Source of the DNA: Longimicrobiales bacterium
GTDB lineage: Bacteria > Gemmatimonadota > Gemmatimonadetes > Longimicrobiales > Gaopeijiaceae
Assembly: GCA_041690395.1 (NCBI GenBank)
Contig: JAWLHJ010000007.1
Coordinates: forward strand, 32,001-96,000
DNA: 64,000 nt
Reading direction: 5' to 3'
The position numbers and the translations under genes are program-made. Each line of letters starts with the position of its first letter. Position 1 is the stretch's first letter. The notes below the pieces were generated by a model. The model made no database searches and had not been told where the DNA came from. It worked only from the letters and a program-made list of their open reading frames with translations. Below, one piece after another: positions 48,669 through 59,554 of this stretch.

Positions 48669-51089
48669 ATGCCCGTGTCGACGCCTCAAGACCATCTCGC
48701 GGTCGCGCCCGAGCTCAGCCGGGACGACATTCTCTCCGACTACCGCACCGCCTACCTCAGCCGCCAGATGAGCATCGTGGCGCGACGGGAGGTGCATGCG
48801 GGTCGGGCCAAGTTCGGGATCTTCGGAGACGGTAAGGAGGTCGCGCAGGTCGCGATGGCTCGGTCGTTCCAAGCGGGAGACTGGCGGGCCGGGTATTACC
48901 GCGATCAGACCCTGATGATGGCGTTGGGCCTTCTCACGCCGCAGGAGTACTTCGCGCAGCTCTACGCGCACGCCGACGTCACCGCCGACCCGGCGAGCGG
49001 CGGACGCTCGATGGGGGGGCATTTCGGGAGCCGACTCCTGGACGAGAAGGGGCTCTGGACGAGCCACCTCGCCCGGCCGAATTCGTCGGCCGACGTGTCG
49101 CCGACCGGGGAGCAGATGCCGAGGCTCGTCGGACTCGGCTACGCTTCGCGCCTCTACCGCGAGCTCGAGGAGCTGCATCACCTTACCGAGTTCTCGGACA
49201 AGGGCAACGAGATCGTCTTCGGCACCATCGGGAACGCGAGCTGCGCCGAGGGGCTCTTCTGGGAGTCGCTGAACGCGATCGGCGTGCTGCAGGCTCCGGT
49301 CATCGTCTCGATCTGGGACGACGGCTACGGGATCTCCGTGCCCGGCGAGCTCCAGGTGCTCGGAGGCAACCTCACCGAGCTCCTGCAGGGCTTCCGGCGT
49401 CGGGACGACCTGCCCAACGGCTTCCACCTGCATACCGTGCGCGGGTGGGACTATCCGGAGCTCCTCTCGGTGTACCGACGCGCCGCGGACAACACACGGA
49501 ACGGACGGATCCCGGCCATCGTGCACGTCGTGGAGATGACCCAGCCGCAGGGACACTCCACGTCCGGCAGCCACGAGCGGTACAAGCCGCAGGAGCGGCT
49601 CGACTGGGAGACCGAGTACGACCCGCTGACGAAGATGCGTGCCTGGATGATCGCGGAAGGGATCGCGGAGGAGTCGGATCTCGCGGTCATCGAATCCGAG
49701 CTCGACAAGAAGGTCTTCGAGTACCGGGACGAGGCCTGGGATGCCTTCCGGAAGGAGCCTTGCGCCGAGGCGGACGAGCTGGCGGGCCTGATCGAAGAAG
49801 CCGCTGGGCACTCGGATCGTCGCGAGGAGCTCTTCTCGGTGGCGAGCAAGCTGCGCGCGATGGAGGCGCCGTTCCGGAAGCAGCTCGTGGAGTCGTGCCG
49901 CTCCGCGCTCATGATCGTCCGGACCGAGCAGAACCCGGTCGAGGCCCGACTCGCGGCCTGGAACCGTAAGGCGCTCGCCGAGGGCCGGGCCATCTTCGCG
50001 CGTCACCTGACCAGCGAGTCGGAAGAGTCTCCGCTCAGGGTACCCGCGGTCCCCCCGGTCTACGGCGACGACCCCGAGCAGCTCCGTGGCTTCGAGATCC
50101 TGAACAAGGCGTTCGACGCGATTCTGGAGCGCGACCCGCGCGTGCTGATCTTCGGTGAGGACGTGGGCAAGCTCGGTGGGGTGAACGCCAGCCTGACCGG
50201 GCTCCAGGACAAGTACGGGGAGCACCGTGTCGGCGATACCGGCATCCGTGAGGCGACGATCGCGGGGCAGGCGGTGGGCCTCGCCGTGCGTGGGCTCCGC
50301 CCGATCGCCGAGATCCAGTACCTCGACTACATCCTCTACGCGATCCAGGTGCTCTCGGACGATCTCGCGATGATGCAGTGGCGATCCGCGGGCGGTCAGA
50401 AGGCTCCGGCCATCATCCGCACGAGGGGTCACCGGCTCGAGGGCATCTGGCACTCGGGCTCACCGATGGCTGCGCTCGTCGGGTTGCTCCGCGGCATGCA
50501 CGTCGTGGTGCCCCGGGACTTCACGCGTGCGGCCGGCTTCTACAACACGCTGCTCCAGGGTGACGACCCCGCGCTCGTGATCGAGGTCCTGAACGGATAC
50601 CGCCTGAGGGAGCCGGTGCCGGAGAACCTGACCGAGATGACGATTCCCCTCGGTCAGCCCGAAGTGCTGCGCTCGGGACGCGACGTCACGCTGGTGACGT
50701 ACGGGGCGTGCTGCCGCATCGCCGAGTCCGCGGCCGACCTGCTCGCGGAGGCCGGGATCGAGGTCGAGATCATCGACGTGCAGACGCTGCTCCCGTTCGA
50801 CCTGGATCACCGGATCGTCGAGTCGGTCAGGAAGACGAGCCGGCTGGTCGTGCTCGACGAGGACGTTCCGGGTGGGGCGTCCGCCTACATCGTGCAGAAA
50901 GTGGTCGAAGAGCAGCAGGGGTTCATGTGGCTCGATGCGCCCCCGACGACGATCACGGCGCAGGAGCACCGTCCGGCCTACGGGTCCGACGGGGACTTCT
51001 TCAGCAAGCCCGGCGTCGAGGACGTCTTCGAGGCGGTCTACGCGCTCATGCACGAGTTCAAGCCGAGTCGGTACCCGCGGATCGGCTGA
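48669..51089 (+). CDS. Fused alpha/beta E1 of a 2-oxoacid (probably branched-chain) dehydrogenase
   Basis: [57 protein letters not shown]. Confidence 0.92.
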   Translation: MPVSTPQDHLAVAPELSRDDILSDYRTAYLSRQMSIVARREVHAGRAKFGIFGDGKEVAQVAMARSFQAGDWRAGYYRDQTLMMALGLLTPQEYFAQLYAHADVTADPASGGRSMGGHFGSRLLDEKGLWTSHLARPNSSADVSPTGEQMPRLVGLGYASRLYRELEELHHLTEFSDKGNEIVFGTIGNASCAEGLFWESLNAIGVLQAPVIVSIWDDGYGISVPGELQVLGGNLTELLQGFRRRDDLPNGFHLHTVRGWDYPELLSVYRRAADNTRNGRIPAIVHVVEMTQPQGHSTSGSHERYKPQERLDWETEYDPLTKMRAWMIAEGIAEESDLAVIESELDKKVFEYRDEAWDAFRKEPCAEADELAGLIEEAAGHSDRREELFSVASKLRAMEAPFRKQLVESCRSALMIVRTEQNPVEARLAAWNRKALAEGRAIFARHLTSESEESPLRVPAVPPVYGDDPEQLRGFEILNKAFDAILERDPRVLIFGEDVGKLGGVNASLTGLQDKYGEHRVGDTGIREATIAGQAVGLAVRGLRPIAEIQYLDYILYAIQVLSDDLAMMQWRSAGGQKAPAIIRTRGHRLEGIWHSGSPMAALVGLLRGMHVVVPRDFTRAAGFYNTLLQGDDPALVIEVLNGYRLREPVPENLTEMTIPLGQPEVLRSGRDVTLVTYGACCRIAESAADLLAEAGIEVEIIDVQTLLPFDLDHRIVESVRKTSRLVVLDEDVPGGASAYIVQKVVEEQQGFMWLDAPPTTITAQEHRPAYGSDGDFFSKPGVEDVFEAVYALMHEFKPSRYPRIG

Positions 51090-51098
51090 CGCGCGAGG

Positions 51099-51159
51099 GA
51101 CGGGGCGAGCGCGACGGCGCGTCCCCCGGTAGGGGTAGCGCCGTCGCGCCGGCCCCGTC
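51099..51159 (+). terminator. Long GC-rich hairpin after the E1 gene (no U-tract)
   Basis: GACGGGGC..GCGCGACGGCGC pairs with GCGCCGTCGCGC..GCCCCGTC. Confidence 0.5.
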
Positions 51160-51242
51160 ACGTTGGGGGTGCGTCTCGGATGCGATCCGGGGCGACCGCG
51201 TCGTGCCGGCGCGGTCCGGATCCCTCCCGCTCCGCCGCATTC

Positions 51243-51854
51243 ATGGACGACTCCGAACGCCCGGTCGACGTGCTCGTCGTCGACGACGTCGAGGAGAACC
51301 GCCTCGAGCTCACGACCTTTCTCGAGCATCCCAACCGGCGGCTGATCACCGCTCCAGACGGGGAAAAGGCACTGGCCTGGCTCGCGGAGCACGACTTCGC
51401 GGCGGTCGTGCTGGACGTGCATCTGCCGGGGCTCAGCGGATTCGATGTCGCGGAGCGGATGCGGCAGGAACCGCGTACCGAGCACGTCCCGATCCTCTTC
51501 GTCACCGCGGTCATGCAGCAGCCCCAGGACGTCTTCGTGGGTTATGAGGTGGGGGCCGTGGACTACCTGCTTCGCCCCATCGATCCGCACGTGCTCCGGA
51601 GCAAGGTCACGATCCTGTGCGACCTGTGGGTGCAGCGGCGAATCATCGAGGAGAAGAATGCGCAGCTGGAGCGCCACCTCGCGGAGATCGAGACATTGCG
51701 CGGCTTGATTCCGGTCTGCGCGCGCTGCCACCGGATTCGCGACTCGGACGGACTCTGGGAGCGCTGTGTCAGCTATATGACACGGCACACCGAGGCCGAG
51801 TTCACCCACACGATCTGCGAGACCTGCTCGGAGGTCCTCTACCCCGACGAATGA
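51243..51854 (+). CDS. Orphan response regulator with C-terminal Cys/His domain
   Basis: VLVVDD, LDVHLPGLSG, FVTA, GAVDYL.RP; C-terminal CARC..HTICETC. Confidence 0.88.
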   Translation: MDDSERPVDVLVVDDVEENRLELTTFLEHPNRRLITAPDGEKALAWLAEHDFAAVVLDVHLPGLSGFDVAERMRQEPRTEHVPILFVTAVMQQPQDVFVGYEVGAVDYLLRPIDPHVLRSKVTILCDLWVQRRIIEEKNAQLERHLAEIETLRGLIPVCARCHRIRDSDGLWERCVSYMTRHTEAEFTHTICETCSEVLYPDE

Positions 51855-51971
51855 CGGTTGTCCTCCGGGGCGGTAGGGCACGCGGTCCCGGGTCCGTACA
51901 CGCCGCGCAACTTGTGGGTGGCTCGGACCGTAGGGAAGAGAGTCACGATCGTTCCTCACCGGAGCTCACCC

Positions 51972-52250
51972 ATGGGCCTCGACTTTCTCGTTCCGATCTT
52001 CGGTATCCTGCTCGTGCTGGTGCCGGTTACCGGCCTCACGGCGGTCTTCACACTGCGCTATGGAGGCAAGCCGTTCATCGAGACCCTCGCGCGCGAGTTG
52101 CGGGGGGCCGGTACGCTTCCTCATCCCGAGTCCTCGCGGCAGATCGAGGTGCTTACCGAACAGGTCGAGCAGCTCACGGCCGAGGTCGAGCGCCTGAGGG
52201 AGGCTCAGAGCTTCGACGAGCGGCTCCTGGAGCGGGAGAAGCGGGGCTAG
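51972..52250 (+). CDS. Small membrane protein with C-terminal coiled coil
   Basis: GGAG RBS; N-terminal TM; LTEQVEQLTAEVERL. Confidence 0.65.
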   Translation: MGLDFLVPIFGILLVLVPVTGLTAVFTLRYGGKPFIETLARELRGAGTLPHPESSRQIEVLTEQVEQLTAEVERLREAQSFDERLLEREKRG

Positions 52251-52355
52251 TAGTCCGCCTGGTGGTGGACGTCTTGCTCATCGCGGACTCACCCGCGTTC
52301 GTGTGTACACCGTGGGGTGGGGCCCTCGATGTGAACACCGATCCAGGAGGTACGC

Positions 52356-53312
52356 GTGCCGGAAGCCCAGCTGCATGTCGTTTTCGGAGCAGGGCAGGTC
52401 GGGTGGTACCTCGCCAGGGATCTCCTCACGCACGGCGCTCGAGTCCGCGTGGTCAAGCGATCGCCCGGTGACCTCCCCGAGGGTGTCGAGACGCTGCTCG
52501 GCGACGCGACCGATCCCCGGTTCTGCGAGGAAGCCGCTCGCGGCGCGGATGTCGTCTATCACTGCATGAATCCGGCGTACGACACCCGCGAGTGGGCGCA
52601 GCTCCTCCCGCGCTTCCTCGAGAACCTGATCGGGGCGGCGGGCAGGGTGGGTGCTCGCCTGGTCGTGATGGAGAACCTGTACATGGTCGGTCGCGGTGGA
52701 GACACGGCCATCGACGAAGAGACGCCGATGAACCCGGAGAGCCGGAAAGGTGAGATCCGCGCGCGCCTGGCCGAGCAGCTCTTCGAGGCCCACGAGCGCG
52801 GCGACGTACGGGCGGTCTCCGGCCGCGCCTCCGACTACTACGGGCCGCGCGGCGTGGGGACGCACTTCGGCGGCGCGTTCTGGCGGCCGGCGTTGAAAGG
52901 TAAGCGGGCGGCCTTCCTCCCCGACGCGGACACGCCGCACAGCTACCATTACATCCCCGACGTGGGGTGCGCGCTCTCGGAGCTCGGGCGTGCCGAAGAC
53001 GATGTCCTCGGGCGGCACTGGATGCTCCCGTGCGCACCCGGGGAGCCGAGCCGCTCGCTCGTCGCCCGCTTCGAGCGCGTTCTCGGGCAGCCGATCGAGC
53101 TACGGGGGATCCCGCGCCCCGTGGTGAGACTACTCGGCCTCTTCATGCCTATGCTCGGCGAGATCGGCGAGATGCTCCACCAATGGGACGAGCCGTTCGT
53201 CGTGGACGACCGGAGATACCGGGCGCGCTTCGGGGGCACGCCCACCGCCCCCGACGTGGGTGCCGCCGCCACCGTGGCGTGGGCCCGCGAACAGTTCGCC
53301 CGGGCCGGCTGA
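52356..53312 (+). CDS. NAD-dependent epimerase/dehydratase (atypical SDR)
   Basis: VVFGAGQVG, NLYMVG, SRKGEIR, RASDYYGP; AGGAGG RBS. Confidence 0.85.
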   Translation: MPEAQLHVVFGAGQVGWYLARDLLTHGARVRVVKRSPGDLPEGVETLLGDATDPRFCEEAARGADVVYHCMNPAYDTREWAQLLPRFLENLIGAAGRVGARLVVMENLYMVGRGGDTAIDEETPMNPESRKGEIRARLAEQLFEAHERGDVRAVSGRASDYYGPRGVGTHFGGAFWRPALKGKRAAFLPDADTPHSYHYIPDVGCALSELGRAEDDVLGRHWMLPCAPGEPSRSLVARFERVLGQPIELRGIPRPVVRLLGLFMPMLGEIGEMLHQWDEPFVVDDRRYRARFGGTPTAPDVGAAATVAWAREQFARAG

Positions 53313-53425
53313 GGGGGGCGGAGTAAGGGGGGGCCGGTTGGGCTGACCCGCTCCGGGGCGTATCTTGCGAGCTTCCGGGCGCGCATCTGCGTCCATCCCT
53401 GAGACACACGATACCGGGCAACCCG

Positions 53426-55531
53426 ATGTCCGAAGTCGAAGACCAGAAGCTGTCGAAAGAGCTCGGCCTATTCGACGTGTTCGCCATCAGCACTGGCGCC
53501 ATGTTCAGCTCGGGTTTCTTTCTCCTTCCGGGACTGGCCGCCGCCGAAGCGGGGCCTTCCGTGGTCCTCGCGTACTTGATCGCGGGAATCCTCATGCTGC
53601 CGGCCATGCTGAGCATGGCGGAGCTTTCGACGGCGATGCCGCGGGCGGGTGGCGCGTACTACTTCCTCGATCGTGCGCTCGGCCCGGTCGTCGGGACGGT
53701 CGGCGGCGTGGGAACCTGGATCGCCCTGATCCTGAAGAGCGCCTTCGCGTTGATCGGGATGGGCGCGTACCTGGGACTGTTCTTCGACGTCCCGGCCAAG
53801 CAGTTGGCGGTCGCGCTCACGGTCCTGTTCACGGTGGTGAACATCGTGGGGGCCAAGGAGACGGGGCGCCTCCAGCGGTGGCTCGTGGTGATCCTGCTCG
53901 CCGTCCTGTTCTTCTTCCTGGTCCAGGGATTCCTGGAGATCGCATCGCTCGGGGTCGGTCAGGTCCGGGAAAACCAGTTCTCGCCGTTCATGCCGTTCGG
54001 GCTCACGGGTCTCTTCGCGACCGTGGGGCTGGTCTTCGTGTCGTACGCCGGACTCACCAAGGTCGCGAGCGTCGCCGAAGAGGTTCAGAACCCCGACGTG
54101 AACATCCCCCTGGGGATGACGTTGTCGCTGATCGTCGCGACGGCGGCCTACGTCCTCGGCGTTCTGATCATCGTGGCCGTGCTGGAGCCCAGCGCGCTCC
54201 ACGACGACCTCACGCCGGTGGCGACGGCCGCGCAGTCCTTCTTTGACTGGCTGCCCGGGTCGACCGGCGTCATTCTCATCGTGATGGCGGCGATCGCGGC
54301 GTTCGCCTCGACGGCCAATGCCGGCATCATGTCGGCGTCGCGCTACCTGTTCGCCATGGGGCGGGACAAGGTCGTGTCGCCGGGGTTCGCCAGGGTCGGA
54401 CGGTTCAAGACGCCGACGCGCGCGGTCTGGGGGACGGGCGCGGTCATGGTGGTCATCCTGGTCTCGTTCGACGTGATGTCCGTCGCCAAGCTCGCCAGCG
54501 CGTTCCAGCTGCTGATCTTCGCGATGCTCAACCTCGCCGTGATCGTGCTGCGGGAGAGTCGTATCGAAGGGTACGACCCCGGGTACCGCTCGCCGTTCTA
54601 TCCCTGGATCCAGGGGGCCGGGACGCTGATTCCGCTCTGGCTCATCACCCAGATGGGCGGTATCACCATCCTGTTCACCTTCGGTCTCATCGGCGCCGCG
54701 CTCTGGTGGTACGCCTACTACGCCAGGGAGCACATGGCGCGGGAAGGGGCCGTGCTCCACCTCTTCGAGCGCCTCGGCCGGCAGCGCGATCCGGGGCTGG
54801 AGCGGGAGCTCCGTGAGGTCCTGCTCGAGTCGGACCGTGCGGGTCGGGACCCCTTCACCGAGCTGGTCGCCGAGTCGCGCGTCATCGATCTCGAGGAACC
54901 GACCGAGTACGAGACCATCGTGTGGCGGGTGTCGGCACGGTTGTCCGCGGAGTACGGCATCGCCGCCGACGATGTGGCCGAGGGCATCCTGACGGAGTCA
55001 CGGGTCGGATTGACGCCCGTGGCCAACGGCGTCGCGCTGCCACACGTGAAGCTCGCCGATCTCAAGACGTTCCACCTCGTGTTGGTGCGTACCTGTGAGG
55101 ACGTGTGCCTCACCGTGGAAGGTGGCAGGACGTCCAAGCCCGTTCGCGCGCTGTTCTTCCTGGTGAGCCCGGAGTCCAGGCCCAGGCGCCACCTCGGCCT
55201 GCTGGCGTCGCTCGCGGGCCGCATGGACGACGACGTCTTCATGGAGGAGTGGCTGTCGGCCGAGACCGAGCAGGAGCTGAAGGAGGCCGTCCTCCAGGAG
55301 GAGCGGTTCCTGTCGCTCGAGATCGCCGAGGAAGGAGCTACGGCCGAGCTGGCCGAGCACGAGGTTCGGGAGATCGAGCTCGTGGAAGGCGCGTTGATCG
55401 CGCTGGTCCACAGGAACGGCACCGTGGTCATCCCCAGGGGGAGGACAAGGCTGGAAGAGGGCGACCGGCTGACCATCGTCGGGGAGCCGGACGCGATCAG
55501 GGAGCTGCGGTTGCGGTTTGCGGGGGACTGA
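53426..55531 (+). CDS. APC amino-acid permease fused to PTS EIIA-like and TrkA-C/RCK_C domains
   Basis: GAMFSSGFFLLPG, AEEVQNP, SASRY; TPVANGVALPH; IALVHRNG..IPRG.T.LEEGD.L.IVG. Confidence 0.88.
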   Translation: MSEVEDQKLSKELGLFDVFAISTGAMFSSGFFLLPGLAAAEAGPSVVLAYLIAGILMLPAMLSMAELSTAMPRAGGAYYFLDRALGPVVGTVGGVGTWIALILKSAFALIGMGAYLGLFFDVPAKQLAVALTVLFTVVNIVGAKETGRLQRWLVVILLAVLFFFLVQGFLEIASLGVGQVRENQFSPFMPFGLTGLFATVGLVFVSYAGLTKVASVAEEVQNPDVNIPLGMTLSLIVATAAYVLGVLIIVAVLEPSALHDDLTPVATAAQSFFDWLPGSTGVILIVMAAIAAFASTANAGIMSASRYLFAMGRDKVVSPGFARVGRFKTPTRAVWGTGAVMVVILVSFDVMSVAKLASAFQLLIFAMLNLAVIVLRESRIEGYDPGYRSPFYPWIQGAGTLIPLWLITQMGGITILFTFGLIGAALWWYAYYAREHMAREGAVLHLFERLGRQRDPGLERELREVLLESDRAGRDPFTELVAESRVIDLEEPTEYETIVWRVSARLSAEYGIAADDVAEGILTESRVGLTPVANGVALPHVKLADLKTFHLVLVRTCEDVCLTVEGGRTSKPVRALFFLVSPESRPRRHLGLLASLAGRMDDDVFMEEWLSAETEQELKEAVLQEERFLSLEIAEEGATAELAEHEVREIELVEGALIALVHRNGTVVIPRGRTRLEEGDRLTIVGEPDAIRELRLRFAGD

Positions 55532-55652
55532 GGCCCGGCTCGATCGAGGGTCGGCCGAGTTGCGTTGACCTCGTGGTCCCCCGCCACTAGCCTCCCACGT
55601 TCTTCCGGCCCCCGAAGGGTGCCGGACCGTCGTCTTCCACCGCCTCCGCTCC

Positions 55653-56756
55653 ATGCTCAAGGTCGGCATCGTCGGCCTGCCCAACGTGGGCAAGTCGTCT
55701 CTTTTCAATGCGCTCACCGCGGCGGGCGCCCCGTCGGAGAACTATCCGTTCTGCACGGTCGACCCGAACATCGGGACGGTCGAGGTCCCCGACACCCGGC
55801 TCGACGAGATCCATCGGCTGACCGGCTCGAAGACCCTGGTGCCGACGGTCATCCAGTTCGTGGATATCGCTGGGCTGGTGGAGGGCGCCTCCGAGGGGGA
55901 GGGGCTCGGGAACAAGTTCCTCGGTAACATTCGGGAAGTCGACGCGGTCGTGCATGTGCTCCGCTGCTTCGACGATCCGGACGTCACACACGTGCTCGGG
56001 GACGTCGACCCCGCCCGGGACCGCGACATCGTGGAGACGGAGCTGGCCCTCGCCGACCTGGACACCGTGGAACGGCGGCTGGAGCGCGTCGAGAAGAAGG
56101 CCAAGTCGGGTGAGAAGGAGGCCATCAAGGAGAAGGCCGTCCTGGAGAAGGCGCTCGACGCGCTGACGTCCGGACGGCCGCTCCGGTCCCTCGACCTCGC
56201 CGACGACGAGCGGCAGATCCTGAAGGGATTCCAGCTGCTGACCTCGAAGCCCGTTCTCTACGTCGCGAACGTGTCCGAGGAGGACCTCCCGGAAGGAGAG
56301 AACGCCTGGACCGCGGCTCTGCGGAAGGCCGTGGACGAGGGCGCTGGGGGACGCGAGCAGGTCGTCACCATCTGCAGCGCGATCGAGTCGGAGCTCGCTG
56401 AGCTGGACACCGAGGAGCGGGACCTGTTCCTGGCCGATCTGGGGTTGGAGGAGACCGGCCTCAATCGGTTGATCCGGGCCGCGTACGATCTGCTCGGCCT
56501 CGCGACGTTCTTCACGACCGGCGAGAACGAGAGCCGTGCCTGGACCATCCGGGCCGGCAGCACGGCTCCCGAAGCAGCGGGCACGATCCACACGGACTTC
56601 GAGCGCGGCTTCATCCGAGCCGAGACGATCCATGTGGACGAGTTCAGGCGTGTCGGCTCGTGGAAGGACGCGCGCGACCAGGGGGTCCTGCGGTCGGAGG
56701 GGAGGAGCTACGTTGTGAAGGACGGCGACATCATGTTGTTCCGCTTCAACGTGTAG
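55653..56756 (+). CDS. ychF: Redox-regulated ATPase YchF
   Basis: GLPNVGKS, NYPFCT, DIAGLV, GEGLGNKFL, IHTDFERGFIRAE, FRFNV. Confidence 0.97.
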   Translation: MLKVGIVGLPNVGKSSLFNALTAAGAPSENYPFCTVDPNIGTVEVPDTRLDEIHRLTGSKTLVPTVIQFVDIAGLVEGASEGEGLGNKFLGNIREVDAVVHVLRCFDDPDVTHVLGDVDPARDRDIVETELALADLDTVERRLERVEKKAKSGEKEAIKEKAVLEKALDALTSGRPLRSLDLADDERQILKGFQLLTSKPVLYVANVSEEDLPEGENAWTAALRKAVDEGAGGREQVVTICSAIESELAELDTEERDLFLADLGLEETGLNRLIRAAYDLLGLATFFTTGENESRAWTIRAGSTAPEAAGTIHTDFERGFIRAETIHVDEFRRVGSWKDARDQGVLRSEGRSYVVKDGDIMLFRFNV

Positions 56757-56777
56757 CAGAGGTGCTGATCTAGACTC

Positions 56778-57050
56778 ATGGACGTCACCCACGACGAGCG
56801 GCACGAGCGCTTCGTGATCGAGCACGAAGGGACCCTCTCCATGGTCCAGTACCGGAAGACCACGCCCGGTGTCCTGCATCTGGTGAGGACCTGGGTGGCG
56901 CCCGAGTACCGGGGCGGGGGCTTCGGCGCTGAGCTCGTGCGCGCGGCGCTCGACTACGCCCGCGAGGAAGGGCTGAAGATCACGTCGTCATGCTGGTTCG
57001 TCGACGAGTTCATCGAGCAGGTCCCCGGATACGACGACCTCCTGGCCTGA
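56778..57050 (+). CDS. Small GNAT acetyltransferase (YjdJ-like)
   Basis: T.VAPEYRGGGFG..LVRAALDYAR..C.FV. Confidence 0.85.
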   Translation: MDVTHDERHERFVIEHEGTLSMVQYRKTTPGVLHLVRTWVAPEYRGGGFGAELVRAALDYAREEGLKITSSCWFVDEFIEQVPGYDDLLA

Positions 57051-57138
57051 CCGCTGGGTGGTGGCCAACAGGAACCGCAACCCCTCCGAGCGGTGAGCCG
57101 CGGCGCGTCGGTGACCCGCTGTCCGGCGATCCGGTCGG

Positions 57139-58020
57139 TCAGCGAGGCAGGGTCGTGCCGGCGATCACGTCGAGGTTGGGCAACATCACGATCTCGATCC
57201 GGCGGTTGCGCCGCCGCCCCGCCGCGTCGTCGTTCGAGGCCACCGGTTGGAATTCCCCGAAGCCGGCGCCCGACACCCGCACCGGGTCGACTCCCGCCTG
57301 GATGAGGACCCGGACCACCGACAGGGCCCGGGCGCTCGAGAGCTCCCAGTTCGACGGGAAGCGCTCGGTGGAGATCGGGACGTCGTCGGTGTGGCCTTCG
57401 ACCTGGAACTCCCGATCGTCGAGCTCGGCGATGACCGATCCGACCTCCTGAAGGGTCCGCCGGCCTTCCGCGCCGATGTTCGCGCTCCCCGACGCGAACA
57501 GGATGTCCTGCGGGAGTTGGATGACCATGCGCCCCCGGACGATGTTCACCGAGACCTGGCCACCGTCGATGAGCGACTGGAAGCGCCCGATCATGTCTTC
57601 GTAGATCCGGTTGCGGTCGCGGATCTCCTCCTCGATGGCGCGCAGCGTGGCGAGCTGTTCGCGGAGCGCCTCGTACTCGCTGCCCCTCTGGCTCAGGAGC
57701 AGCTGGAGCCGCTCGACTTCGGAGCGCGTGGTGTTGAGGCCGACCACGGCCTCGGAGCGGAGGGCCTCGAGCGTCCGGACCTCGCGCTCCAGCTCGGCGA
57801 CGCGTGCCTCGAGTCGGGCCTCTCGCTGGCCCAGGGCGTCCAACTCCCGCTCGAGCTCGGCCTCACGCTCTTCCTGAGCGGCGACCCGGTTCCTGAGCTC
57901 CTCGCCTTCCTCCCTGGCCTCCGCGAGACTGGCCAGCGCGACCTCGTGCGTGCTCTTCTTGACGCACGCCGAAAGGGGCATGAGCAGAGTGAGTGCCAAC
58001 CAGATGGATCGCCGGGGCAT
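57139..58020 (-). CDS. OmpA/MotB-domain lipoprotein with long coiled coil
   Basis: Lipobox LSAC; ILFASGSA, VEGHTD, SNWELSSARA, NRRIEI. Confidence 0.88.
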   Translation of the reverse strand: MPRRSIWLALTLLMPLSACVKKSTHEVALASLAEAREEGEELRNRVAAQEEREAELERELDALGQREARLEARVAELEREVRTLEALRSEAVVGLNTTRSEVERLQLLLSQRGSEYEALREQLATLRAIEEEIRDRNRIYEDMIGRFQSLIDGGQVSVNIVRGRMVIQLPQDILFASGSANIGAEGRRTLQEVGSVIAELDDREFQVEGHTDDVPISTERFPSNWELSSARALSVVRVLIQAGVDPVRVSGAGFGEFQPVASNDDAAGRRRNRRIEIVMLPNLDVIAGTTLPR

Positions 58021-58138
58021 TGTCTTTCCTCCGAGGAATACGGATACGCGACGAGAAAAGGTATCGGCAGAGCGCCGTCGTGTCTTGCTCCGCATCCGGG
58101 CCGACGTGACCTTGAGGGTGGATAAGCCACGGACGCCA

Positions 58139-58567
58139 ATGATGAGCGAGGACCAGATGACGCCCCGATCCGGAGACGCCGCCGACGAACGGCTCAGACC
58201 CCCGCCCTCGGAGCGGTTCGGCGGTCCGAGCCACATGTTCGATCTCGACGAGGTCGCGCGTAATCTGCGTGCGGAAGATCATCCGTCCCGGCATGGTCAC
58301 CGCCAGATGACCCTCTTCCAGCGAGACCACATCACGCATGTGGTCTTCGTCTTCGACGAGGGCGGGCACCTCGCGGAGCACTCTGCTCCTGGGCTGGTGA
58401 CCATCCACGCCCACTCGGGACGGATCCGCGTGACGGAGAACGAGAACACGCATGAGCTGAGCGCCGGTAAGCTGGTCGTCCTGGCTCCCGGAGTCCCGCA
58501 TGCCGTCGAAGCGACGGAGCCGAGCGTGATGTTGCTCACCGTGCATGTGGAGCGGCATGATCGCTGA
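58139..58567 (+). CDS. Cupin domain protein
   Basis: G..LAEHSAPG..TI...GR and LAPGVPHAVEA. Confidence 0.82.
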   Translation: MMSEDQMTPRSGDAADERLRPPPSERFGGPSHMFDLDEVARNLRAEDHPSRHGHRQMTLFQRDHITHVVFVFDEGGHLAEHSAPGLVTIHAHSGRIRVTENENTHELSAGKLVVLAPGVPHAVEATEPSVMLLTVHVERHDR

Positions 58568-58609
58568 CATGCCTCGCCCGGCCCGGGTTCGAGAGGGCCG
58601 CGCGCGCAG

Positions 58610-59551
58610 GTGACCTGGCTCTTCGGTGTGGCCGGGCTCCTCCTGCTCTTCGTGGGAGGAGAGGCACTCGTGCGCGGCGCCGCCGCGCTGGCGCTCCGTT
58701 TGGGGCTCTCACCACTCGCCGTCGGGCTCACGGTCGTGGCGTTCGGGACGAGCACGCCGGAGCTCGTCGTCTCACTCGACGCCGCGTTCGCCGGCGTTCC
58801 CGACATCGCGGTCGGTAACGTGATCGGCTCGAACATCGCCAATGTGACGCTCATCCTGGGCGTGGGCATGTTGTTCGGCCCGGCTCGGGTCGTCGCGCGG
58901 ACCGTGCGGGTGGACGCGCCTCTCGTCGTGTTGGTCTCGGTGGTGATGGTGCTGATGCTGGGAGACGGCACGGTATCCCGCATCGAGGGCATCGCCCTCG
59001 TGACCGCCCTTTGCGCGTTCACCGGCATCACGTTGATCCAGGGACGGAAGGAGCCGGCCGGCGTCAAGCAGGAGTTCGAGGGCGCGGTCGAGGGACCGCC
59101 GCACACGGTCCTCTTCAGCGTGCTACTCGTGTTGGCTGGGCTCGGTGGGCTGGTGCTCGGTGGTCAGCTCTTCCTCAATTCGGCCGTACAGCTCGCCCGT
59201 GCCCTCGGCGTGACTGAGGCGGTGATCGGGCTGACCGTCGTGGCGGTGGGTACGAGCCTGCCCGAGCTCATCACCTCGGTCGTGGCCGCGCTCCGGGGGC
59301 AGGGCGATATCGCCATCGGCAACGTGCTCGGCAGCAACATGTTCAACGTGCTGGGCATCCTGGGCGTCACCGCGGTCGTGCTGCCGCTCCAGCCGGGCGG
59401 GATCACGGGGGCTACGCTCGGCGTGCTCGTGGGCTCCGCGGTCGTGGTCGCGGGAATGGCCGTGACGGGACGTCGCATCACGCGGCTCGAGGGCGGGGTG
59501 CTGGTCGCCGGCTACATGGCCTACACCGTCTGGCTCGTAGGTGGCGGCTGA
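58610..59551 (+). CDS. Calcium/sodium antiporter (YrbG-like)
   Basis: Two alpha repeats GTSTPE..GNVIGSNIAN and GTSLPE..GNVLGSNMFN. Confidence 0.92.
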   Translation: MTWLFGVAGLLLLFVGGEALVRGAAALALRLGLSPLAVGLTVVAFGTSTPELVVSLDAAFAGVPDIAVGNVIGSNIANVTLILGVGMLFGPARVVARTVRVDAPLVVLVSVVMVLMLGDGTVSRIEGIALVTALCAFTGITLIQGRKEPAGVKQEFEGAVEGPPHTVLFSVLLVLAGLGGLVLGGQLFLNSAVQLARALGVTEAVIGLTVVAVGTSLPELITSVVAALRGQGDIAIGNVLGSNMFNVLGILGVTAVVLPLQPGGITGATLGVLVGSAVVVAGMAVTGRRITRLEGGVLVAGYMAYTVWLVGGG

Positions 59552-59554
59552 CTG

